Shown here: positions 28,685-38,980 of the stretch, one piece after another
Position numbering within the stretch: the first letter of the stretch is position 1
How the letters are laid out: the number at the start of each line of letters is the position of its first letter
Virus record (IMG/VR): IMGVR_UViG_3300007770_001284
Span: 62,001-126,000 of that record
Strand: one strand, 5' to 3'
DNA length: 64,000 nucleotides
Made by a program: the position numbers and the translations under genes
Notes under the pieces: generated by a model
Told to the model about the DNA's origin: nothing
The model's input: the letters and a program-made list of their open reading frames with translations, nothing else
Database searches by the model: none

Positions 28685-30432
28685 TGGCAAAGGGTTCGGG
28701 AACAGATGCAGTTGCAAAGATCAATAATCCCACCAGCGATGTCGGCGATGTCGTTGAAGAAGCTGGAACAGCAGGCCCGACGCAAGTACTGCAACGTGCA
28801 GTGGTCGTGGAAATCCTATATGATTTAGCTGCGTTTACTGAAGAAGAATTCACAGAGCTACAGGAGCTTGTGTCTACTCCAGATTTGCTGGCTTCTGCCC
28901 CTCGAAATTCTGTGATCGCTCGTTCTGTGACCGCGGGAGCAGACAAAAGAGCGACTGTAGAAACAGATGAAGAATCCAACGAGGAGAAGGGCACAGTAGG
29001 CATTCTGTGTTACCCATTTTTCCCTCCCCACCTGTGTTTCCCTATAAAGCCCGGGGAGCAGGTATGGGTGATTAACGATTCCCCTGATGTTACTGCGGGG
29101 GTGTCTTATTGGATGTGTAGGATTCCAGAGCCAGACCATATCGATGGTGTCAATTACACTCACGGAGATAGGAAGTTTGTCGGATCAACAGGTGAGAAGA
29201 GTTCCTCGGAAAAGTCCGCATCGGCTCAGGGCGAGGAGTTAGACGCAGACGCTGAGATTTTTGGCTTTCCAAACGGTCCCGGCACGGAAGACGCATTTTC
29301 TTTAAACACTGAGCTGGCATACGAAGAAATCGTTAACGCGTCGCTGTCGTATCTTTCATTTATTCCCGAGCCAGTTCCACGTTTTACGAAGCGCCCGGGA
29401 GATCTTGTTATTCAAGGCTCAAACAACGCTTTGATATGTCTTGGTCAAGATCGTGGATGGACCCACCCAGACAGCAGTGTTACACGTACAGATGCTGATG
29501 GTGCAGAAGCCTCTAACGCGACATTGGAAGATGGTGATACCACGCTGGATGCTTCGATAAGCACTGGCTGCATCGATATCGTTGCCGGACGCGGCCGTTA
29601 CGATTTCAGAGTCCTTGGCGGAAGTGTCGATGCGGAACCCGAGTTGACGGCTTCCAGGTCGGTTAAGAATGTTCCGCCCGAAGAAGGTGGCCGAGACGCG
29701 TATGATGAAACAAATAAAAATCCTGTTGGAGACGACACTGCCGACGTGAATCGGCTTGATACTCCAGCAGAGGGCGATCCCGATTTGGAGAACGACGCAG
29801 CGCGGCTGTACGTGGCGATGGCAATGCAGGTCGACAAAAGTTTCCACATCGATAAGGAGGGTGATACAATCCCATCTGCAATTGATGGTAACATAGCTCC
29901 CGCAGAAGATGAGTCTTCTATTGAGTTTCCTGCTGCTATTGTTGCAAAGTCTGATGAGATTCGTTTGATTGCCAGAAGAAAAGAGTCAGATGATCCCGTC
30001 TCTGGAGCCCCAGAGATAAATGGCAGTATAAGATTGATCAAGGAAGGTGATATCAGCGATGACGCATGCGCTATATACCTCTTACCTGATGGCACGATTC
30101 AGATCAGTGGAAAGCAGATATTGATAGGAAGAAAGTCAAGTGATCAGTCTGAACGTTCGTCTATCTACGCTATGGGAGATGGTGGAGACCCAATGGGTCC
30201 CAACGGCACTGAACCGTGGGTGAGGTTTTCTGATTTGAAGAAGTTGTTTACGCAGTTGTACGAAGCGTTAGATGATTTTTGTACGACGCTTCAATCCAAT
30301 CAATGCCCTCTTTGGGGGCCAAACCCTCAAGTTACAGCAGCCTCCACGCAGCTACAGGCACTACTTAAAATTCATAAAACAAGAACAGAAGATTTCGATC
30401 AGTTGGCGTCAACAAGAATTTGGGGAGAATAA
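28681..30432 (+). CDS. Baseplate central spike/hub protein (gp5/VgrG-like)
   Basis: OB-fold-like P..PGEQVWV, GDLVIQGSNNALICLG and a beta-rich C-terminus; precedes gp25/gp6-like genes. Confidence 0.6.
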   Translation: MMAKGSGTDAVAKINNPTSDVGDVVEEAGTAGPTQVLQRAVVVEILYDLAAFTEEEFTELQELVSTPDLLASAPRNSVIARSVTAGADKRATVETDEESNEEKGTVGILCYPFFPPHLCFPIKPGEQVWVINDSPDVTAGVSYWMCRIPEPDHIDGVNYTHGDRKFVGSTGEKSSSEKSASAQGEELDADAEIFGFPNGPGTEDAFSLNTELAYEEIVNASLSYLSFIPEPVPRFTKRPGDLVIQGSNNALICLGQDRGWTHPDSSVTRTDADGAEASNATLEDGDTTLDASISTGCIDIVAGRGRYDFRVLGGSVDAEPELTASRSVKNVPPEEGGRDAYDETNKNPVGDDTADVNRLDTPAEGDPDLENDAARLYVAMAMQVDKSFHIDKEGDTIPSAIDGNIAPAEDESSIEFPAAIVAKSDEIRLIARRKESDDPVSGAPEINGSIRLIKEGDISDDACAIYLLPDGTIQISGKQILIGRKSSDQSERSSIYAMGDGGDPMGPNGTEPWVRFSDLKKLFTQLYEALDDFCTTLQSNQCPLWGPNPQVTAASTQLQALLKIHKTRTEDFDQLASTRIWGE

Positions 30433-30435
30433 TGT

Positions 30436-31455
30436 ATGTCTAAAGAATCAGGTAGTGGAATTGGTCAATCTAGCTGGTCATTTTCGCTCGGCAAATTACA
30501 AATAGACGAAGACGCCCAGCTGGCCGCGGCGACAGCAGCACTTCTCGATTCCTTTGTTGAACCCACTGCGGAAGAGGTTACGATTTCCGCCGCCGCAGTT
30601 GGCGCCGCCGCTACTCTTGGTGGCGCCCTGGCGTTAACACTACCGCTGGCATTTGACGTCGATGTCCCCGAAATCGCGTTGCCTGCTAAAAGCGGGAGTA
30701 GTGCTGACGTAGAGGGAGATGAAGAAACAATTGAGACCTTTAACGCATTACAGGCATCTTCCGATGCACAAGCTTCGATGGGTGACGCTGTTTTTCAAAC
30801 GCTAGATCCGATCCTGAATGGTATCAGAGCCGAAGACGATCCAGCTGTCCTTGCCATATACGAAGCTGCCGATAAGGCCATTAGCGATGCTGGTATAGAT
30901 GACAAGGACACTGTGCCACCAATTCCGTATGATGGTAATTTCATAACGAGTGTTGTACCCTCAATTGCAAGAATGCAATTATTCGATGAGATAGCATACG
31001 CTTTCCGACGATCTGGGATGGCTGCAGGAGCAGAAGATCCAGAAGCTCCAGGTAAAATTCTAGCAGCTTATATTGCTTTGGCGGTTGAAAAATTTGTGAG
31101 GAGAGCGATCATTAAAGTGTCTTTACCAGATGATAACTACATCAAGTTGCTGTCCGAACTAACTACGTTTGGAACAAACGCTGCCGCTTCCGCGGCGGTG
31201 GGGTCTCCGAATGTTGCTCTGACCACAACGGTAGAAGGCGGAAATGCCCAGGGATCGTATACACTTGACTCAGCTGACATGATGCTTGGCGTTAACGTTG
31301 TTCCTTTACTTAATTTTTATGGTGGAATAAAGAGAGTTGTTGACTACGGGGATAATTTTGTTCATGATGGGTATGTTGATGATGGTGCTGAGGCAAAGAT
31401 GGTGAACATGGACGCTATCTTATTAATGCTAGAAAATGGAATAAACTTCGTATAG
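30436..31455 (+). CDS. Hypothetical acidic protein in the baseplate module
   Basis: 339-aa ORF between the spike and gp25-like genes. Confidence 0.6.
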   Translation: MSKESGSGIGQSSWSFSLGKLQIDEDAQLAAATAALLDSFVEPTAEEVTISAAAVGAAATLGGALALTLPLAFDVDVPEIALPAKSGSSADVEGDEETIETFNALQASSDAQASMGDAVFQTLDPILNGIRAEDDPAVLAIYEAADKAISDAGIDDKDTVPPIPYDGNFITSVVPSIARMQLFDEIAYAFRRSGMAAGAEDPEAPGKILAAYIALAVEKFVRRAIIKVSLPDDNYIKLLSELTTFGTNAAASAAVGSPNVALTTTVEGGNAQGSYTLDSADMMLGVNVVPLLNFYGGIKRVVDYGDNFVHDGYVDDGAEAKMVNMDAILLMLENGINFV

Positions 31456-31477
31456 CGTGGTGAATTTATAGAAGTTG

Positions 31478-31484
31478 ATAATTA
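31478..31484 (+). promoter_or_regulatory. Candidate late promoter ATAATTA
   Basis: ATANTTA recurs in intergenic gaps at 31478, 48869, 56360 and 59863. Confidence 0.5.
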
Positions 31485-31499
31485 ACCCCAGGTGGTTGT

Positions 31500-31997
31500 A
31501 TGGCGTTAACGAAATTAGGAGATAGACAAGTTTACTCTTTTAGGTCTGTTGGTGAACAAGCCGAGGCCCGGAAGCTTCGACAGAAAGAGCAAAAAAGGAA
31601 TATAGCTTTTGGGATTAAAACCCCCGTGGCGCTGTCGTCGGAGGGAACTGAGTTTATTAAAATGAATTATTCTATGGCTGATCAAGTTAGCGATAATTTT
31701 AAGAACTTAATCCTCACAAATCACGGTGAACGGTTGGGGTTTCCTGATTTCGGTGCGAACTTAATGGAGTTGTCGTTTGAGCTTCAAAGCGAAGATGGGC
31801 AAACTGAGGCGATAAATAGGATAAGTCGCGCCGTCGGTAAATACATGCCCTATGTGATTCCATCCACATTCGAACCCATTACTGAGTATTTTGACAACAA
31901 GAACGTCGCAAAAGTCGGTGTTAGAATCACTTATAGTGTTCCGAAGTTAAACGTCCAGAACAGGATTCTTGAAGTAATAATCTATAGCGCGAGTTGA
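31500..31997 (+). CDS. Baseplate wedge/sheath initiator (T4 gp25 / P2 gpW-like)
   Basis: Q...N.KNLILTNHGER...PDFGANL....FE and I..AV.KYMPYV. Confidence 0.9.
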   Translation: MALTKLGDRQVYSFRSVGEQAEARKLRQKEQKRNIAFGIKTPVALSSEGTEFIKMNYSMADQVSDNFKNLILTNHGERLGFPDFGANLMELSFELQSEDGQTEAINRISRAVGKYMPYVIPSTFEPITEYFDNKNVAKVGVRITYSVPKLNVQNRILEVIIYSAS

Positions 31998-33844
31998 CAA
32001 TGGCATCAGACATCAAAAAAGACCTTAAGAAAGAATTACAGCGAAGTTATCTTGCAAAAGATTTCAATTCTTTTCGAGCAGAATTATTAACGCATGCGAG
32101 GGTTTACTTTCCTGATAAGATAAGAGATTTCACTGAAGCTAGCTTAGGAGGGTTGCTGCTTGATATGGCTGCGTTTGTCGGTGATTCGATGGCGTTTTAT
32201 TTGGACCACCAATTTAACGAATTGAATTGGGCTACTGCCATCGAGAGCAAAAATGTACAAAAACACTTAAAAAGCGCGGGTGTTAAAGTCCGGGGCGCAG
32301 CGCCGGCTGTTTGCGGGGTTACATTTTATTTTGAAATCCCAGCCGAGCTTGTGGGTAGCGAGTATGAGCCTTCTCCAACGCTGCTACCAAAAGTTGGACA
32401 GGGTACAAGGCTAGCCTCTGCTAAGGGTGTTCCATTTTCTCTGGTAGAAGATCTGGATTTTACAGAGAAAGATTATCTCGGAAACTATCTTTACAATGCA
32501 GTCCTTGTAGAGGCCGATGACTCTGGGAATCCAGTCAGTTATGTTGTTACTAGGTTAGGAATTTGTCTTTCTGGTGAAGAAAAAACGGAGTCGATAAAAA
32601 TTCCAAATGTTCATAAACCCTATAGAACACTAACATTAGCGTCTGAAAATATAACAGAAATAATAAGCGTGAAAGATGTAGAAGAGAACGTGTACTATGA
32701 AGTGAACAACCTAACACAAGACACCGTTTTTGAGGTGGTTGCAAATACTACTGAAGATGCTGATCAAGTTCCTAATAATATTGAAATAATTCCTGCGCCC
32801 TACAGATTCACAACGACTTATGATTACAACACAAAATTAACTAAATTAAGGTTCGGCGCCGGTGATGCCTCAACGCTGGACAATGATATTGTTCCGGACC
32901 CTGCTGAACTAGCGTTGCCGCTATATGGTAAGAAGACGTTTGGTAAATTTACGATTGACCCCAATTCGTTGCTTCAAACTCACACTCTTGGTATAGCACC
33001 AAAGAATACTACACTAAAAATTACGTATCGTTTCGGCGGTGGATTGAACCATAATGTTGCTGCATCGACAATTAAGACTGTCGACTCGCTAATACTGACG
33101 TTTGATAGCAGGGCGCCGGCATCTGGTGCAGCTGCAGTCCGAGCGTCAGTGGATGTGCTGAATGACGATCCCGCTTCCGGTGCTGATAACGCCCCTACGC
33201 TAGAAGAACTTCGAGTTCAGATTCCTGCCTCCCGACAAGCGCAGAACAGAATTATCACGAAAGAAGATTTGGTTTCTAGAATATACACTTTACCCAATAA
33301 ATTTGGGAGAGTGTACCGTGTTGGTGTTCGTCCGAACCCAATTAATTCATTGGCATCACAGATATTTGTTGTGTCTCGAGACAAAGATAAAAAGCTGGGC
33401 CTAACTCCAGATACGCTAAAGAAGAACCTACGGAAATATCTAAACGAATTTCGGGCCGTAAGTGATGCATTTGATATTTTAGATGCGCAAGTTGTTAATT
33501 TTGCTGTAAGCTTGGAAATAGTTGCGCATCCAACATCAAACAAGACACAAGTCGCCCAGTCGTGTATCAAGGCTTTGACAAGAATATTAGACACAAAAAA
33601 CTTCCAAATTGATATGCCAATAGCGTTGTCGGATATTACGAATGTAGTACTGAACACGCAAGGAGTAATTTCATTGGTCGATCTCAAAGTAACGAATGTT
33701 ACGGGGACTGTAGAGGAAAGAGTTTATAGCGATGTATCGTTCAACGTCGACGCGAACACATTTCAACAAATGGTAATAGGGCCAGATGGTTCAATCTTTG
33801 AATTAAAATATCCAGATACCGATATCAAGATTTCCGTAAGGTGA
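31994..33844 (+). CDS. Baseplate wedge subunit (T4 gp6 / Baseplate J-like)
   Basis: YL.KDF..FR..L, DFTEAS.G, AFVGD...FYLD.Q.NE, LRFG.G, Y..GGG...NV and QNRIITKED. May start at ATG 32000. Confidence 0.9.
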   Translation: MTMASDIKKDLKKELQRSYLAKDFNSFRAELLTHARVYFPDKIRDFTEASLGGLLLDMAAFVGDSMAFYLDHQFNELNWATAIESKNVQKHLKSAGVKVRGAAPAVCGVTFYFEIPAELVGSEYEPSPTLLPKVGQGTRLASAKGVPFSLVEDLDFTEKDYLGNYLYNAVLVEADDSGNPVSYVVTRLGICLSGEEKTESIKIPNVHKPYRTLTLASENITEIISVKDVEENVYYEVNNLTQDTVFEVVANTTEDADQVPNNIEIIPAPYRFTTTYDYNTKLTKLRFGAGDASTLDNDIVPDPAELALPLYGKKTFGKFTIDPNSLLQTHTLGIAPKNTTLKITYRFGGGLNHNVAASTIKTVDSLILTFDSRAPASGAAAVRASVDVLNDDPASGADNAPTLEELRVQIPASRQAQNRIITKEDLVSRIYTLPNKFGRVYRVGVRPNPINSLASQIFVVSRDKDKKLGLTPDTLKKNLRKYLNEFRAVSDAFDILDAQVVNFAVSLEIVAHPTSNKTQVAQSCIKALTRILDTKNFQIDMPIALSDITNVVLNTQGVISLVDLKVTNVTGTVEERVYSDVSFNVDANTFQQMVIGPDGSIFELKYPDTDIKISVR

Positions 33845-33851
33845 TTTCAAC

Positions 33852-35405
33852 ATGTTTTATATCTTAACGGCTAGCGCTGATACATACATCACAAATAAAA
33901 TTATTGATAATAGTTTTAGAGCCACCGACACGAATGTTGGAAGGGCTGGTACACTGGATTTGTTTAAGCTCTACGATGAGTCTACGTATACTTCTGGGTC
34001 TACTAGGGTTACGTCATCTGTTAGTGAGCTGTCACGCTTATTAGTAAAATTCGATTACAGCACGCTATCCACACTCGCGAGTTCTTCTCTAGATTTTACG
34101 AACTCGAGCTTCAGAGCAACGCTTGAATTAACTGAGGTAGAAACAGGATCACCAGTTCCTAGAAATTTTTGGGTTGTTGCTTATCCACTGGCTAAAGCTT
34201 TTTCTGAAGGCTCTGGTCGTGATGTTAACCGCTTTCTAGATGTCGACGCCGCAAATTTTTTGACGGCATCCTATTCTTCTTCCGGCTCACCGGTATTATG
34301 GAGTCTGTCGGGCTCTGGTAAAGCTGGGTTTATGGGGGATTCGGGAATTGATTATATCACAACTGGCGTCCTGGGATCTTCCATAACTGACTTCGGAGCG
34401 TCTCAATATTTCAGTGATGGGCCTGGGAAAATATCACTTGACGTAACAAAGGTTGTTTCTTCATCATTGGCTGGTGATTTATCAAACCACGGCTTTAGAA
34501 TTTCTTTTAGCGGGTCATACGAAACAGATTCAAAAACAAGGTTCGCTAAAAGGTTCGCCTCTCGCCACGTTAGAAACAAAATATTGGCACCCCGAATTCT
34601 TGTAACATGGAATAATACCATAAAAGACAGTCATCAAAGCTTCATATTTAATTCTACTGCGAGCTTGTTCCTAAAAAATATTGTTGGGGGAACTGCAACT
34701 AACATTAGATCTGGTGCATCTGATACGGCACTGACAGGTCAGAATTGCATACTACTGACGTTGATCAGTGGGTCTGGACCAACTGCTAAATCAATTTTTG
34801 TAACAGGATCTCAACATACCGGGTCCGCAACTGGTGCGGGAATGACTGGAGTGTACTCTGCCTCATTTTCCCTTAACAGGTTTGATTCTACATTTTTTAA
34901 GACCTTGAGAAGTCAGGATGAGCTTGTCTTGAAAGAGATTTGGTCTTCTATCGATAGAACTATTGGATATCTGACAAGTTCTATTACAGTGAAGAAGTCC
35001 GCAGTCGGAACTGATAATTTTGTTAATAGAAGCTTGGTGTTCTCTGCGCTGAATGCGCAGCCAGAGTATAAGCAATACTCGACCGCGAAAATTCGTCTCT
35101 TTATAGAAGATATCGACGCGCAATTAAAAGACAAAGCTTACAAGCTACCACGAAAATTAAAGACAGCTGTGGTTGATAGAGTATATTATAGGATAAGAGA
35201 TATTGAAACGAATACGGTTATTATACCATTCGATGACGTAACGGATTCGACAAGGCTTTGTACTGATGCTGCTGGAATGTATATTGATTTATTAACTGCT
35301 GGTCTTCCATTAAATAGAAGCTATACTATAGACTTGCTTGTGAAGGATAGCGGGGTTTCGGAAATTGTGGAGCTTAGGGATATTTCTTTTAAGGTTGTTT
35401 CTTAA
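33852..35405 (+). CDS. Virion structural (baseplate-associated) protein
   Basis: Follows the gp6-like gene; SRLLVKFD, LDVT..V, N.GF, P.I.V.W and YYRIRD...VIIPFD; [ST]GS-rich. Confidence 0.6.
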   Translation: MFYILTASADTYITNKIIDNSFRATDTNVGRAGTLDLFKLYDESTYTSGSTRVTSSVSELSRLLVKFDYSTLSTLASSSLDFTNSSFRATLELTEVETGSPVPRNFWVVAYPLAKAFSEGSGRDVNRFLDVDAANFLTASYSSSGSPVLWSLSGSGKAGFMGDSGIDYITTGVLGSSITDFGASQYFSDGPGKISLDVTKVVSSSLAGDLSNHGFRISFSGSYETDSKTRFAKRFASRHVRNKILAPRILVTWNNTIKDSHQSFIFNSTASLFLKNIVGGTATNIRSGASDTALTGQNCILLTLISGSGPTAKSIFVTGSQHTGSATGAGMTGVYSASFSLNRFDSTFFKTLRSQDELVLKEIWSSIDRTIGYLTSSITVKKSAVGTDNFVNRSLVFSALNAQPEYKQYSTAKIRLFIEDIDAQLKDKAYKLPRKLKTAVVDRVYYRIRDIETNTVIIPFDDVTDSTRLCTDAAGMYIDLLTAGLPLNRSYTIDLLVKDSGVSEIVELRDISFKVVS

Positions 35406-38400
35406 TGGCTAAGGGACCCAAGATAAGGCGGGTTTTTGAAAACCAGCGACTTTTCACCCCGCAGGTGATCCGAAGGTATACAGACTCTTCGGGGGTGTTA
35501 AAGCACCAGAGCGCCGCCTCGCTTTCTGGATCTGCACCGTCCTCTACAACAGGTTCGTTTCGATATGACCCTCCGGGATCACCCCTTAAGTCATCTCAGC
35601 AGCTTCCATTAGATTTTTCAAAATTTGAAAACCATACATTTTTTGCTTCTGCTGAATCAAACGTTAATATCGCATTTGAGAAGATAATAAATCAATTTCC
35701 GTTCGACGGAACGCGTGAGGAGTATGAAGACTTCTTGGATGACCTGACAGGATTTGAGAAACATGTCTTAGATTCTTTCCCAAGCTATACTGGGTATCTC
35801 ACCTTCTCAAGTTCTTTAAAGCAATATATCGAAATAAAAGATAGAGCAGGTGTTCTTTTTCCAGCACTTTCTAGAATCCGCTCTGCAAAAACAATATTAG
35901 ATCCTTTAGATCGCTCTTTTTCGGTAGAGTGTCGTCTTTTTTTGCCTCCCATAGCGAATGATAATCAGATAATTTTTAGTCATATGAGTGATGGAGGGGT
36001 GGGCTATGCTGCCTTTCTAGATTCAGGCGATGCATCGGCTGCTAATATAAACTTTGCTGTCATTAGCGGGTCTGATCATATTTCTGCATCTTATTCTTTA
36101 CCAAAAGACCAATTTCATTTTCTAAATTTCGTTTATGACAAGAGGCCAGGCAAGAAATTTGCAGCTATAATGAGCAGTTCTGCGATAACAGCTAAGTCTC
36201 GACGCTTTAAGTTTGGATCGTTGTCTACCCGCGGAGCCTCTTTTTTTATAGCGACTGGTAGCACATTACAACTGGGAGGGTCAGAATTTATTCCAGCTGA
36301 AACATTTAGCGGATCCATTGACGAATTCAGAGTGTTTTCTGATGTACGTACTACGGAAGACATAGAGTATTACAACCAGCGAACGATGTTCGCGAAAGAC
36401 GGTCTTAGGCTGTCATTACGTTTTAATGAACCAACAGGATCGTATACGAACAACGATGTTGTTTTAGACCACTCTGGGATGAGCTTACATTCACGGATAA
36501 GCAATTTTGCCGCTTCGATGCGGACTGTTGATACTGATAACATTCCGCCAATGCTATTTGAGGCGTCTGTAAAGCATCCTGTGCTTTTTCCATCGTACCC
36601 CACCGTATTAACGCTCAACGAACAATTATTATTGACTGCCTCATCATACGATACAAACAATCCTAACTTAATTACAAAGTTGATTCCAGAACATTATTTG
36701 GCAGAGGCCGCGGCGACGCTTGATGTGTCGTCTGACCCTGATGGTTCGTTGATGGACGGCTTATCATCAACTACTTCCGTCGACTACAGCGCACCTGGCG
36801 GCGCGCAGTTGGGACAACCCCAGATTATTTCTTCGCTTCTTTTTGTGTGGGCAAGAGAGTTTGACTTGATCAAATCGATGCTTGATCATGCTAGTAATTT
36901 AGTGTTCGCAGAATATGATACAGAAGAATCAATTGCTGATCAATTTTTACCAGTTCTGGCGCATCATTATGGTATCGAGCTGCCAAATATGTTTAGAAAC
37001 GCAAAAATGAATCAATTTTTTGCTGGCGAAGAAATTGTTGATGGGAAGATAACAAAAAGTCTGCAGTTTGTTCAAAACGAGATTTGGCGACGTCTTTTAA
37101 CGAACATCCGCGAAATTATAATTTCGAAAGGTACAAAACATGCCATGAAGGCTGTCTTTAGGGCCTCTGGTATAGACCCCAATCGCATATTCAGATTTGT
37201 CGAATATGGTGGCACTTCGACACAACGCTTGGGTCTTGCAAGAGAAAAAGCAACAGAAGTGTCTACGTTACTAGATTTTTCTGGGAGTATGGCGAATATG
37301 ACGGGTGTTGAAGATGCGCATGGTTTTTATAGCGTGAAGCCAGCCGTGCAAAGCGTGTTTCTGTCTGCATCACGTGTTGAGAGGGGATACCCGAACATAT
37401 CAGGCGATTTTGTTGCACATCCCGACGGAGGTACATATTCAGACGCCGCCCGAGACGGCTTATTAACGTCAGGCAGCTGGACGATCGAAACTCGAGTGAA
37501 GTTTCCAATGGCGCGAGACATCACCTGGAACCAGAGCTTATTTCGCCTCCACGTAACTGCGTCAGAGGACGAGGGTAATCCCAGCGCTGCTGATAATTCT
37601 CACAGGGTATTACTGAACCTCGTTGCGACTCCGCCAATATCTCGTGCTGTATACGCCGAGAAAACAGGCGAGCAGCTCACATTGTATTGTCGACCAGGTT
37701 TCAATTCATCAGCACCTTTGCTTGCTCTTCCGTTAACCGGCGCCGATATTTTTGATGGCAAAACTTGGTATATTTCTTGTGGTCGAATTCGATCAGAGCA
37801 TGCTGGATCGTATGTGTCTTCGAGCTATTTTATAAGAGCTGGCCGCCAAGAGTATGGAGACGTTTCTGAGTATTATGTAACTTCTTCGCACTTTGCTGAA
37901 AACGATTATTCTGATCTTCCCGGTGAAAATTTATTTCAACGAAAAAATGCAGTGTCTGATCCGATCCTTAATGCTAGCGGCTCGTTTATAGTGGTTGGTA
38001 CTCAAAATATCCACACTGGCACCGGCTTTTACCAATTAAACGATAGTGCTATAAGCAACACTGCAAGAACAACTCGTTTTGACGGCCTTTGGGGGCATTG
38101 CAGGTTCTGGTCAAAAGCGCTCGATGAAGATGAATCGAAAGAACATATTTTAAATTTCAAGTCGCTTGGCGTGAAGGACCCGCTTGTTAACTTTGGCTTT
38201 TCGTCAGATGTAACGGGTTCATTTGAGAAGCTTCGTATTGATGTTTCGACAGATCAGCCTAGCACAGAAAGCAATGAATTGGGTACTTTACCGCTGGTTG
38301 ATTTTTCGCAAAACTTCAATCCTGTTTCCGCCGGTGGCAATGCTAGCGGCGCAACGGCATTTGGATTTGAAGCCAAAAAACGTATTATACAGCCCGAGCG

Positions 38401-38980
38401 TTTTGATTTTAGCTTTTTATCCCCAAATTACGATGAGATGCCAGAACAGAATAAGGTTCGAGTGGCCGGGTTCACTCAAGGAAAAAATCTTTTTGAGCTG
38501 GGCGGTAATCCAGCCCCAGTTTATGAGATCGTTAAATCCGCTGAACCAGTTGATGACACCCGGTTTATGATTGAATTTTCTATAATGCAAGCCCTTGACG
38601 AAGACATAATGAACATCTATGCGACTCTCGACGCACTTGATCTCGCGTTAGGCGCCCCAGAGCTGATGTTTGCAGAAGAGTATCCAGATCTTGCTAGATT
38701 AAGAAAAATATATTTTAATCGCTTAACAGAGTCCATTAATTACAAAAAGCTGTTTGATTTCTTTAGATGGCTTGATGATTCATTTGATGTGATTATTGAG
38801 AGCCTTATTCCTCGAAAGACAAATTATCTGGGGTTCAATTTTATAATTGAGGGCCATGGCCTCGAGCGACCGAAGGTCGCGTATGGTTCTGGTGATGTAT
38901 ATCTCGGCGAGAGTACTCGTAGAAATCTTAAGGGGATAATACTACTCCGACAACTTGTTGGTGATATGAGGAAGTACTGA
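35405..38980 (+). CDS. Large baseplate wedge protein (gp7/P2 gpI-like segment) with LamG-like domains
   Basis: FSGSIDEFRVF (LamG), ADQFLPVLAHHYG...IWRRLL.N...I..SKGT (gpI-like) and a second LamG-like domain. Confidence 0.65.
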   Translation: MAKGPKIRRVFENQRLFTPQVIRRYTDSSGVLKHQSAASLSGSAPSSTTGSFRYDPPGSPLKSSQQLPLDFSKFENHTFFASAESNVNIAFEKIINQFPFDGTREEYEDFLDDLTGFEKHVLDSFPSYTGYLTFSSSLKQYIEIKDRAGVLFPALSRIRSAKTILDPLDRSFSVECRLFLPPIANDNQIIFSHMSDGGVGYAAFLDSGDASAANINFAVISGSDHISASYSLPKDQFHFLNFVYDKRPGKKFAAIMSSSAITAKSRRFKFGSLSTRGASFFIATGSTLQLGGSEFIPAETFSGSIDEFRVFSDVRTTEDIEYYNQRTMFAKDGLRLSLRFNEPTGSYTNNDVVLDHSGMSLHSRISNFAASMRTVDTDNIPPMLFEASVKHPVLFPSYPTVLTLNEQLLLTASSYDTNNPNLITKLIPEHYLAEAAATLDVSSDPDGSLMDGLSSTTSVDYSAPGGAQLGQPQIISSLLFVWAREFDLIKSMLDHASNLVFAEYDTEESIADQFLPVLAHHYGIELPNMFRNAKMNQFFAGEEIVDGKITKSLQFVQNEIWRRLLTNIREIIISKGTKHAMKAVFRASGIDPNRIFRFVEYGGTSTQRLGLAREKATEVSTLLDFSGSMANMTGVEDAHGFYSVKPAVQSVFLSASRVERGYPNISGDFVAHPDGGTYSDAARDGLLTSGSWTIETRVKFPMARDITWNQSLFRLHVTASEDEGNPSAADNSHRVLLNLVATPPISRAVYAEKTGEQLTLYCRPGFNSSAPLLALPLTGADIFDGKTWYISCGRIRSEHAGSYVSSSYFIRAGRQEYGDVSEYYVTSSHFAENDYSDLPGENLFQRKNAVSDPILNASGSFIVVGTQNIHTGTGFYQLNDSAISNTARTTRFDGLWGHCRFWSKALDEDESKEHILNFKSLGVKDPLVNFGFSSDVTGSFEKLRIDVSTDQPSTESNELGTLPLVDFSQNFNPVSAGGNASGATAFGFEAKKRIIQPERFDFSFLSPNYDEMPEQNKVRVAGFTQGKNLFELGGNPAPVYEIVKSAEPVDDTRFMIEFSIMQALDEDIMNIYATLDALDLALGAPELMFAEEYPDLARLRKIYFNRLTESINYKKLFDFFRWLDDSFDVIIESLIPRKTNYLGFNFIIEGHGLERPKVAYGSGDVYLGESTRRNLKGIILLRQLVGDMRKY

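Noticed and set aside
28681-33844. T6SS / extracellular contractile injection system locus
   Set aside because: No TssJLM, ClpV or Afp15-like ATPase; the sigma, nuclease and giant fibres fit a phage better, although capsid and large terminase genes are not in this window.
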